From Opitutaceae bacterium (GTDB lineage: Bacteria > Verrucomicrobiota > Verrucomicrobiia > Opitutales > Coraliomargaritaceae), in assembly GCA_051252375.1 (NCBI GenBank), contig JBPOFY010000001.1, forward strand, positions 384,001-448,000: DNA of 64,000 nucleotides, written 5' to 3'. A program made the position numbers and the translations under genes. This document shows positions 22,901 to 30,253 of the stretch, one piece after another (the stretch's first letter is position 1; each line of letters begins with the position of its first letter). The notes under the pieces are model-generated. The model saw only the letters and a program-made list of their open reading frames with translations, did no database searches and was not told the origin of the DNA.

Positions 22901-23886
22901 TTGAAGGGGCTGGTTCACGCATTGACTTGCTTGGTCCTTTTTGGGTTGGCGTGGGAAGTAATCCGACCGCTGAATTATTTATTGAAGATGGTGCGGCCGT
23001 TACAGCGGGAGTAGTTGTCATTAATAATGCTGCTGGAACAGGTGAGGTTGAGGTCGAAGTCGTCGATGCGGGAACTTCGTTATCTGCCATGGGTAGTATT
23101 ATAATCGGTCCGAATGGCGGCACTGCGGATCTGAATATTCGTGGCGGCGCGACGGTTTCCGCTGGAGATGATATTGTGATTGGCACGGATGCAGTCGTGA
23201 ACCTCACCGTTTATGGTGATAATCAGTTGAATGCGGGCACGGACGGGGATGGCGGCATTCAGAATGATGGTGTGGTAAATATCTTTGCTTACGCGGACCT
23301 TGCTGCTGGCGTTTACACACCGGTTACGGTTGGTAGCAGCACTGGTGCGATCGCTGGTTCAGGTGATTACAATGCTTTCGGTGGCACTTTCAACGTCGCG
23401 ACTGGAACCTTTACTGTTAGCGCATTGGTGGATGGGAGTGCTGGTTTTACGAATCAAGATTTGAGTGGGTTACGTGCAAATTTTGACAGTGGTGACCTAG
23501 TCGTGAATTTTGCTGAAGGTGCAGATAGCTCTGCGAGCTTCAGCGCGATGGAGATCACTGACGTGAGTTCAATTGGCGGTTTTGGCGCACTTCAAGTGTA
23601 TGGGTTTACCACAGACATGGTTTTCGGAGTGGACGAGCAAGTGCTTCTGTCCTTCTTCGTTGGAGAAGGGTTGGATGGCGAAACTTTTGAATTCTGGCAC
23701 CGTGCAACTGCAGGTAGCGAATGGACCTTACTCGATCCAGATGTCGCTAGCTACGTAGATGGTTGGGTGAACTTCACCGTTACTGGTTTCAGTGACTACG
23801 CCATTACGGTTCCTGAGCCACAAACCTATGCGCTGATTTTTGGAGCATGCGCGTTGGGTTTAGCGATGATTCGCCGCCGTCGCTAA
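19933..23886 (+). CDS. Large PEP-CTERM surface protein with autotransporter-like beta-strand repeats
   Basis: Signal peptide; many VG..G.G.L.I..GG.V repeats; C-terminal VPEPQTYALIFGACALGLAMIRRRR. Confidence 0.93.
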   Translation: MDKSQNTTFDKNVNFRFNKHLALGLSCLLSLSAVGNAAITATGDTSPAPGDGFWGAGGDPVDSYTNIAIGDTTVSGGSVTGSLTVDGGSTLDTGEGVIGSDAGTYGAATVSGLGSTWKVNKDPSDEVSDWAIVVGSDGKGELTIESSAAVTALNMFIADSTTGDGTVLVDSSATLAVGEDIEVGYENTASMTVKDSAVVDTYSLTVGVESTANGILTVTDDGTLNANVEQVGVTYADPAKFIVGEFGTGTMNVTDGGVVNSGAASIGLESGSTGTVTVGGSGAAASWNVAGDLGIGAEGTGTLTLAADGTVDVDGATELSADGGMGSVVFSGGTLNTGTLGADVSDLSGTGTINTSGLAGLLSKVTFTSDNMYSETLTSGGPTSVAVNVTADGNGSLYNVDFDAIGPSGGQDPIPVVVAFENVGLGDGVGITNSGLVDSSLVTFAVSGDLDVGFEGTGDLTVSNGAAVTADGVSIGAESTGIGTVTVSGLGSSMILADTLYVGESGEGDLEINTLAAVSANTVHIGKNDSSSGEILVDAATLNVTGDLTLGLSGNGYGGLEISNAGVVSVGGTTQAVNGTIGFGAGDNGVLNTGNLVLNDIDDLEGTGTINTNGINQFNGGIITAIFDGDNANEQLYSQNLATSYEVEGSPGTFVNGTVAVNLTANGDGDLTDVNLVVRDGANVSFNHVDLGNSSSPNNSALVTGGSQLNVIETSIGVNGDAILTVDQGSYLNAFGAGDGQNTDGLITLGESVGNSGTLLVQNDSWVGVDILEVGEFGSGYVEISGGSSVASKRHVEIGSDGSVLVTGLWSELSATGAIGITVADQGLLQVRNFGVVNVIQGSRLTVNDGAEVRLSNGTINTHTLESSDLGAFTGSGTINADGIVDLFDTITFDGTNTFNTTLAGGDIDLNVTASGAGHFDVEEINIINGADTRAASVRVDRLLIEGAGSRLGSLSLGTGTVRTLQELDINGGAQLELGSLYIHSGYGVVEGAGSRIDLLGPFWVGVGSNPTAELFIEDGAAVTAGVVVINNAAGTGEVEVEVVDAGTSLSAMGSIIIGPNGGTADLNIRGGATVSAGDDIVIGTDAVVNLTVYGDNQLNAGTDGDGGIQNDGVVNIFAYADLAAGVYTPVTVGSSTGAIAGSGDYNAFGGTFNVATGTFTVSALVDGSAGFTNQDLSGLRANFDSGDLVVNFAEGADSSASFSAMEITDVSSIGGFGALQVYGFTTDMVFGVDEQVLLSFFVGEGLDGETFEFWHRATAGSEWTLLDPDVASYVDGWVNFTVTGFSDYAITVPEPQTYALIFGACALGLAMIRRRR

Positions 23887-23947
23887 ATCATGTCCTTCGA
23901 TTCAGGAGAGTTCCTCGGGCGCAGTCGTGCTGGTTCACTATTAATCT

Positions 23948-24880
23948 ATGAGCCTATCAAAGAGGGGAATTGATTCTGATCCTGTAAGGATGAAGAGTAA
24001 GCGTTGGCATTTACCATTGGGCTATCGAGTCCGGCCACGCACGCTTCTGTTTTTTATTGGGGGCTCTGTCGGTGTGACTGCCGTGGTGATTTGCCTTCCG
24101 CTCTATTTATATTTACGTGATTTAAAACAGGGGATGCCTGCGGCTCTGATACCGCCATCGCTAACTGTAAAAGTGGAGTCTCCTGATGACCTGCCTTTGC
24201 TTGTTCCCCCACTTGCGGATGAGGGGGGAGCTGAAATTGAAGAATGGACGTTGGATCGCATTTTGAAAAAGCATCAGAAAGTGACCGGGCTTATCGATAC
24301 GCAAAGTGTGCTTCTCTTTGGAACTTATAAAGAAGATGGGCGCGTGTTTGAGATGACACTTGCTGCGAAAGCGCCGAATCGAATTCGTAAAATGCTAAAA
24401 GATGCGGCTGTTGTGATTACTTGTATTTTCGATGGTGAAGTTGCGCGCGTTGAAGTGAAGCGAGGTGAGGAGCAAGTGTCGCAAGTCCTAGATGATCTTT
24501 TGTATGCGCGTGCGGTGGTTCTTGAGGGGGCATTGCTTTCGCTTAGTAAGGCTGTGGGCGACGTGAAGGCGCAGTATCATTTAGGGAAGAACCAAGTGTA
24601 TGATGGCCATGATTGCTGGACCATTGTGAGTCTTATTGAAGGGGGGGCGGTAATAAATCATTTGATCGATAGTGATAGCGGTTATGAACGGGCGCGTTAT
24701 TGTGATCTGACCGTGGATGGGCAAGCGCACCAAATATCCTTACACTACTCTGATTACAGGCCTGTGGGTGCGTTTCATTACCCTCATGCATATATACTCA
24801 AGATAGACGGAGACGTTCGCGGCTTGGCTAGCATCGAATCGATTAAGTATAATTCGGGACTCATGCCTTGGATGTTTTAG
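23948..24880 (+). CDS. Membrane-anchored periplasmic protein, possible LolA-like fold
   Basis: One TM; KAPNRIR...IDSDSGY...YSDYRPVG..YP pattern. Confidence 0.55.
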   Translation: MSLSKRGIDSDPVRMKSKRWHLPLGYRVRPRTLLFFIGGSVGVTAVVICLPLYLYLRDLKQGMPAALIPPSLTVKVESPDDLPLLVPPLADEGGAEIEEWTLDRILKKHQKVTGLIDTQSVLLFGTYKEDGRVFEMTLAAKAPNRIRKMLKDAAVVITCIFDGEVARVEVKRGEEQVSQVLDDLLYARAVVLEGALLSLSKAVGDVKAQYHLGKNQVYDGHDCWTIVSLIEGGAVINHLIDSDSGYERARYCDLTVDGQAHQISLHYSDYRPVGAFHYPHAYILKIDGDVRGLASIESIKYNSGLMPWMF

Positions 24881-24939
24881 CCTGCAGAGGGGGTATCGCA
24901 GAGGTCAAATATTCAATCGTCACCGAGTAGTTTGCATGC

Positions 24940-25746
24940 TCAGTTATTTACGACAGCTGCTGGTTCAAAAGGGATAAATTGGAGCATCCCGAGGAGCTTG
25001 AGCTCCTTGTGCTCCGGATTCTGTGGGATAAACCATTGATCGGAACCGCGCTTTTTAAGCAGTCCACGATATACCTCACCCCATGTGCCAAGTGTGATGT
25101 AGCCAGAGCGGTCTGCTCGTATGAATGTGGCTGCATGGGTGACTGGACTCATCTCGCCCGTTTCGGGGTTTTTCGATCGGACGACTAGGTATGCCGTCCG
25201 GAAGTTCGGCACTAGATCCAAAAAAGTCTTCAGCTGGTATGGAGGCTCTACTGCTTCAGCATGCAGACGTAGTGCATCGTCTGAAAGTTCGCGCACGAAC
25301 TCATCCATAACCATTGCGGAGGCTAAGTTTGAGGAACCGCGATCCTCTGTGCGCGCTTCACCGGTCAATTCGAGTAAGCGCCGATCGATCTCTTTAAAAA
25401 AGATCTGTTTGTAACTGGCAGAATTGGCTTCGCGGCTGAAGGGGCGGATCAAGCCGAATTTTTCATACCAAATCAGGATGTTCAGCATGGCTGTAGGACC
25501 GCAACCGCTCTCAGGAATCGGGTAGATCGATTGGTCTTCGGAGAGTATCGATAGGCGATTCAATGCGTTGTTTGTCCGCTCAGTGCCGTAGATATGTCGA
25601 TAGTAATAGCCAACTTCTCCATTCGTCGCGTCTGCCTTCCGCTCGATCACCTTAAAATTGTGTTGGGTGATTTGGCTCTGCGCAAAGGCCTGCGTTTGCA
25701 TGGCTAGCAAGCATGCTAAAAAGAGGTATTGCGGCCAGTGGTTCAT
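24940..25746 (-). CDS. Secreted protein with putative papain-like (C39/C10-type) Cys-His site
   Basis: Signal peptide; SGCGPTA, THA, TWG. Confidence 0.55.
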   Translation of the reverse strand: MNHWPQYLFLACLLAMQTQAFAQSQITQHNFKVIERKADATNGEVGYYYRHIYGTERTNNALNRLSILSEDQSIYPIPESGCGPTAMLNILIWYEKFGLIRPFSREANSASYKQIFFKEIDRRLLELTGEARTEDRGSSNLASAMVMDEFVRELSDDALRLHAEAVEPPYQLKTFLDLVPNFRTAYLVVRSKNPETGEMSPVTHAATFIRADRSGYITLGTWGEVYRGLLKKRGSDQWFIPQNPEHKELKLLGMLQFIPFEPAAVVNN

Positions 25747-25885
25747 TCCAGTGCGAGACTACCGCCGATGGCTAGATCGTAAAGCGCGAAGCCCTGATAT
25801 TAGAAATTCTTGAATTAGCTGCGCTTTTCTCATTGACACCGTAAATTAGCTTAACTTATCTCAATGCCTATTCACAACAACTACT

Positions 25886-26776
25886 ATGAATAACAAACAA
25901 CTATCCCTCGTTTCTCTTGGCGTTGTCGCTTTGGGATCGCTTCTTAACGCAGCTGATGGCTTCGTCCTTTTTGGTGACGACGTCGCGAAACCAGCTCCCG
26001 AACAAAAGTTCGTTCGTCCGTTGACGGGTCCTTATTTCCATGAGGATGCCTTCGTGACGACTGATTTGCGCGCATGGTATTTGCAGCACAATTTTGGCTC
26101 CGACACGCTAGGCAGCAATGCCGATGTCACTGTGGCGGCACTTCAAGTGCGTATCGCACTGACAGAAAGCCTACAACTGGTCGCCTATAAAGATGGTTAC
26201 ACCGAATTCGATAACGCCGCACTCGTGGGTGATAACGAAGGCTTCAACGATATCGGTGCAGGCATCAAATGGGCTTTCATCCAAGACTGGGAAAACAACT
26301 TCCACATGGCTGCGGGTATCGGCTACGAGTTCGGGCTTGGCGACAAAGACGTGCTTCAAGAGACCAACGAGCTTCGCCTCTGGCTCTCTTGGGCGAAAGG
26401 TTTCGATAAGCTTCACCTCGGCGCCACAGCCAATTTGATTCTATCCGAAGACGATTCCGATGGTTTTGCGGGTAACTCCGACATGGTCACCGTTCACCTG
26501 CATGCAGATTACTATCTGACAGAGTGGTTGAGCCCAGTGGTTGAGCTTAATGGATACCTCGCGCAAGACGCGGCACCCGGTCTTCCAATCTCTGGAGTTG
26601 ATGCTGTCAGCCTCCCCGGAGGTGAAGCAAACGACACCTACACGATCGCAGTCGGAGCCGAAGTTCGCCCATTTGGTGAAAATCTTGGATTACGTCTTGC
26701 ATACGAAACCGAGCTTACTGATAACGTCAGTCTGTTCGGAGATCGTTGGACCCTGTCCGCCGTTTACGAATTCTAA
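25886..26776 (+). CDS. Outer-membrane beta-barrel protein
   Basis: Signal peptide, amphipathic beta strands, terminal YEF beta-signal. Confidence 0.75.
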   Translation: MNNKQLSLVSLGVVALGSLLNAADGFVLFGDDVAKPAPEQKFVRPLTGPYFHEDAFVTTDLRAWYLQHNFGSDTLGSNADVTVAALQVRIALTESLQLVAYKDGYTEFDNAALVGDNEGFNDIGAGIKWAFIQDWENNFHMAAGIGYEFGLGDKDVLQETNELRLWLSWAKGFDKLHLGATANLILSEDDSDGFAGNSDMVTVHLHADYYLTEWLSPVVELNGYLAQDAAPGLPISGVDAVSLPGGEANDTYTIAVGAEVRPFGENLGLRLAYETELTDNVSLFGDRWTLSAVYEF

Positions 26777-26805
26777 GAATTTTTTATATTAGTGTTAGTT
26801 TGTAT

Positions 26806-26837
26806 AAAGGCGGCCTTCCCTGAAGGTCGCCTTTTTT
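26806..26837 (+). terminator. Rho-independent terminator
   Basis: AAAGGCGGCCTTC-cct-GAAGGTCGCCTTTTTT. Confidence 0.85.
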
Positions 26838-26860
26838 ATGCGTTTATTCAGAGGAATAAG

Positions 26861-26929
26861 GTAGGGTTCGATATCCTTATCGAACCGCAACAGTATGCCA
26901 GCGGAGCGTTAAGGATAACGCTCCCTACC
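26861..26929. repeat. Inverted REP pair (GTAG family C)
   Basis: GTAG-GGTTCGATA-tcct-TATCGAACC-GC and inverted GTAG-GGAGCGTTA-tcct-TAACGCTCC-GC. Confidence 0.85.
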
Positions 26930-26974
26930 ACCAACGATACATCAACCTAATCGCAGAACGCTCTATACATTGAA

Positions 26975-27256
26975 TCAGGCAAGCAGTGCTGCGGCTTCTG
27001 GATGACGTTTTGCATACACACCAATATAGCTACATTGCGGCACGACTTTCAGTCCCTCAGCCCGAGCATATTCAAAGGCGGCACCGGCCAACAGGCCTGC
27101 TATATTTTGCCCCCGTAATTCAGGTGGGACAAAGGTATGGTGGATCGTCATCACCGCGCCAGCTAAGTCATAATCTAAGTGTGCAATGGTTTCTTCACCT
27201 CGAATCTCAAAACGCGATTTCTCGATGCAATGTTCTACTGTTGGTGGGGTATTCAT
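26975..27256 (-). CDS. Small GNAT (YjdJ-like)
   Basis: HTFVPPELRGQNIAG..., VVPQCSYI. Confidence 0.88.
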   Translation of the reverse strand: MNTPPTVEHCIEKSRFEIRGEETIAHLDYDLAGAVMTIHHTFVPPELRGQNIAGLLAGAAFEYARAEGLKVVPQCSYIGVYAKRHPEAAALLA

Positions 27257-27273
27257 ATAATTGATGGAATGGT

Positions 27274-28083
27274 TTAGTCGCCGACTTGCAATGACCAGCC
27301 TAAGTCATTGGGTCGTTTCCGTGCTTTTACGGGAGCACCGAATGCCTGACTCAGATTCTTTGAGTTAAGCACCTCATGCTTGCAGCCGCTTGCCAGAACC
27401 TTCCCCTTTTTAAGGAGGAGGACGTGGGAGATTTCGGCAAAGATCTCTTCAATGTGATGCGTCACCAAGATCAGACCCGGTGCATTTTTAGACTGTGCCA
27501 GTTTTCGTAAACTGCCGATGAAGTGCTCTCGAGCGACTGGGTCGAGACCTGCGCAAGGTTCGTCCAGAATCAGAAGCTCAGGATCTGCCATGAGCGCTCG
27601 CGCAATAAATACTTTTTGACGTTCGCCCTGACTGAGCACGCCCCAAGGGCGCTCTGCCAAAGCACGAACCTTCATCGCACTTAGGCAGCGGAGCGCTTTC
27701 CGTGTATCCACTTTCCGCTCACGTGTCCAAAAACCCAACTGTGCGGTTGCGCCGCTTAAGACGGTGATCAGCGCAGGTTCGTCGTCAGGAACGCGACGTG
27801 CAAAAACAGTGCTGACGATCCCGATACGTTTACGAACCTCGTTCCATTCAGCCTCACCGTAGGATTCGCCAAGTAGTTCAAGCTTGCCTCCGGTCGGAGT
27901 CAGATAGGCGGTGATCGCGGCAAGCAAAGTGGTTTTGCCGCAACCGTTCGCGCCCAAGATCGCCCAGTTTTCTCCCTTCAGAACCTTCCAGTCGATACCC
28001 TTAATGATCTCTGCCTCATCTCTACGCACACGGAGACCTGTAACCGAAAGGAGAGGTGCATCTGTCTGATGAGTCTGAGGCAT
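27274..28083 (-). CDS. ABC transporter ATP-binding protein (YlmA/ModF-like)
   Basis: GANGCGKTT, LSQGE, LILDEP, VTHH; no adjacent permease. Confidence 0.9.
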   Translation of the reverse strand: MPQTHQTDAPLLSVTGLRVRRDEAEIIKGIDWKVLKGENWAILGANGCGKTTLLAAITAYLTPTGGKLELLGESYGEAEWNEVRKRIGIVSTVFARRVPDDEPALITVLSGATAQLGFWTRERKVDTRKALRCLSAMKVRALAERPWGVLSQGERQKVFIARALMADPELLILDEPCAGLDPVAREHFIGSLRKLAQSKNAPGLILVTHHIEEIFAEISHVLLLKKGKVLASGCKHEVLNSKNLSQAFGAPVKARKRPNDLGWSLQVGD

Positions 28084-28138
28084 AATGAGCGAGTTCACTC
28101 AATGATGCCCAACTTGTCGAGTGTTCGCAATCGGCTAC

Positions 28139-28447
28139 TTATGCTGAGCTTGGGTGCAATGGCTTCACTTCCTTCTGGATGTTGGGCAGCAGATCGCGTT
28201 CGGCGATACGGAGGTCATAGTTCTTCTGCAGGTTGACCCAGAGTTGAGAAGAGGTGCCAAAGTAAGTCGCCAATCGAAGCGCTGTCTCGGTCGAGATCGG
28301 TCGCTTAGCATTCACGATCTGGTTCATCGTCGGCTGTGAGATACCTGAATCCTTCGCCACGCGATAGGGAGTGATTCCCGCGGGCTTGATGAATTCTTCC
28401 AACAGGATTTCGCCAGGATGTGGTTCTGGGATGGTTTGAGTGCTCAT
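28139..28447 (-). CDS. higA: HigA family antitoxin
   Basis: HPGEILLEEF, HTH, TALRLATYFGTSSQLWVNLQ..YDL. Confidence 0.93.
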   Translation of the reverse strand: MSTQTIPEPHPGEILLEEFIKPAGITPYRVAKDSGISQPTMNQIVNAKRPISTETALRLATYFGTSSQLWVNLQKNYDLRIAERDLLPNIQKEVKPLHPSSA

Positions 28448-28459
28448 GGTAAAAATGGA

Positions 28460-28741
28460 TTAATGGTAATCGACGATTTCAACGTCCTCGGCATGGCCGT
28501 CGATGAAACGGAAGCAGATGCGATATTGTTGATTGATACGGATAGAGTGTTGTCCTTTTCGGTCTCCATAGAGTTGTTCGAGCCGATTGCCTGGCGGTAG
28601 TTTTAAGTCGTCGATATGGATGGCGGATTCAATGAGGCGAAGTTTGCGCAATGCTGATTGCTGTAAATTGGCTGGCAGCTTCTTGTGCCGCTGGTTGTCC
28701 CAAAGGGCTGCCGTCTGTTTACATGCAAAGCTTCGAATCAT
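28460..28741 (-). CDS. higB: HigB (RelE/ParE superfamily) toxin
   Basis: MIRSF..., PPGNRLEQL.GDRKGQHSIRINQQYRICFRF...VEIVDYH; toxin upstream of antitoxin. Confidence 0.93.
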   Translation of the reverse strand: MIRSFACKQTAALWDNQRHKKLPANLQQSALRKLRLIESAIHIDDLKLPPGNRLEQLYGDRKGQHSIRINQQYRICFRFIDGHAEDVEIVDYH

Positions 28742-28772
28742 GCTATTTAGTAATATATGCTACTTTTGTGAG

Positions 28773-28793
28773 TATATTCAAGTTTTGAATATA
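28773..28793. promoter_or_regulatory. Palindrome upstream of higBA, probable HigA operator
   Basis: TATATTCAA-gtt-TTGAATATA perfect 9-bp inverted repeat about 30 nt upstream of higB. Confidence 0.6.
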
Positions 28794-28846
28794 ACTTAAT
28801 TATGGACATAACCCCGCAGGCGGAGATTCGCTGTGATGTAGGTGAG

Positions 28847-30136
28847 CTAGCTAGAGAAATAGGCGAACTTGCGCAGCGCTTCTGCGTGCTCACTGGCGTC
28901 TTCGAATCCACATTTCAGTAAAATAATCGGATGTTCGATATTTTCGATTTCGGAGGACTTTTCACAGATGGTATATTTTAGAGGCGTTTCACGGCAGCCG
29001 AAAAAGCTACTGATATTACTTATCGAATGGCTCTGACATTTTTCGATCAGGCTTTCTGGATCAGGGTCCAAAATGAGAATTTGAGCCCCATCGATGTAAG
29101 AAAGCCATCCGCTTAAACGATTAGTAACGCCTAAATCCATGAAGCCATAGCCACTACAAATAATGCGTCGCGTTTGTAGTAGCTGATTTTGAAATTTCGC
29201 CCAAATCCACGGGTAATTTGCATAATTGTAGGCTTCCATCTTTCCAAGTATACCAGCTAGGAAATCTGGCGTGCCGTAATAACCCAAGTTGTGATTGCCT
29301 TCTGAGTAATCGGAATCTGGGTTGTCCAAGCGGTGGTATTCTTCTCCGTTCCAACACCAATCAATCGATCCGTGTAGCTTTAATAGGATATTCTGATCGT
29401 TATCGTTAAGCTTAGATCGATGAAATCGGCTAGTTTGAATTGATTCATCAAAATAAAAGCCATCTTCATAGTGTATTCCTAAAGTTTTAAGGGCGGACTC
29501 GCTCTTGATATCATGGTTCAAGGTGGAAAGTGAAAATAATCTCTTATCGCAATTGAGTGTTCTGAGAAAATTGATTTGTCCATTAACTATATCTTCACCG
29601 TTTCGCTCTAAAAGAACCTTATTTGTGTGTTCTTTATTTCTGTCGATGAGTGACTCATAGACATTCCAGCGTATCCAATCATTGGTTGCATTTAAAATGT
29701 CCCAACGCGACACAGAGCGATCTCGGATAGGTCCTATATATTTCTTTAATGAATCCGAGGCGTTAAGTTTTTTAAGCAAGTCTTCGAATACTAAATTTCT
29801 AAAAGGTATTAATGTAGGGGTTCGATGGGTTCCCTCATTTTTACAAAGATCGTCAACGATTTGTGCGAGTTCTTCATAATTTGGGGGTGTCTTGGTATTC
29901 TTGCTAGGTTGCTCTGATAATACAGACGTTATGGCATTCAAAGTAGCTTTAGTGAGTTCCGCGCTGTGAGGATCCATCACTCCTTCAAATCCTAAGTTAG
30001 TCTGTAATCTGTGGTTAGAGCCAAATTCCAATTCTCCGGATAGAATTTGCTTGGTAATATCCTTAACCTTTGGCATCGGACTCGTGTATGAGCCGAAGAG
30101 AAACATGGGGCGATATTCGTGAGTATTCGTGTTCAT
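28847..30136 (-). CDS. SIR2-like (SIR2_2-type) domain protein, divergent
   Basis: TLNHD, YEDGF, LLKLHGSIDW, GYGFMD motifs; N-terminal GAG.S loop degenerate (LFGSYTS); AT-rich. Confidence 0.8.
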   Translation of the reverse strand: MNTNTHEYRPMFLFGSYTSPMPKVKDITKQILSGELEFGSNHRLQTNLGFEGVMDPHSAELTKATLNAITSVLSEQPSKNTKTPPNYEELAQIVDDLCKNEGTHRTPTLIPFRNLVFEDLLKKLNASDSLKKYIGPIRDRSVSRWDILNATNDWIRWNVYESLIDRNKEHTNKVLLERNGEDIVNGQINFLRTLNCDKRLFSLSTLNHDIKSESALKTLGIHYEDGFYFDESIQTSRFHRSKLNDNDQNILLKLHGSIDWCWNGEEYHRLDNPDSDYSEGNHNLGYYGTPDFLAGILGKMEAYNYANYPWIWAKFQNQLLQTRRIICSGYGFMDLGVTNRLSGWLSYIDGAQILILDPDPESLIEKCQSHSISNISSFFGCRETPLKYTICEKSSEIENIEHPIILLKCGFEDASEHAEALRKFAYFSS

Positions 30137-30253
30137 TGGCGGTCAAACCTGTGTTGGCTTTCCAATAGACTGAAATCCTATGCTTCAGTGCGCAAGGACA
30201 AGCTGGTCTCTTGGGCGGACTGTCGGTCTTCGCGAGCAAAGCCCCTAATAAGC

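Noticed and set aside
30213..30248. Possible REP or att site at the metH/SIR2 boundary
   Set aside because: The stem has several mismatches, and I found no matching direct repeat on the other side of the islet.
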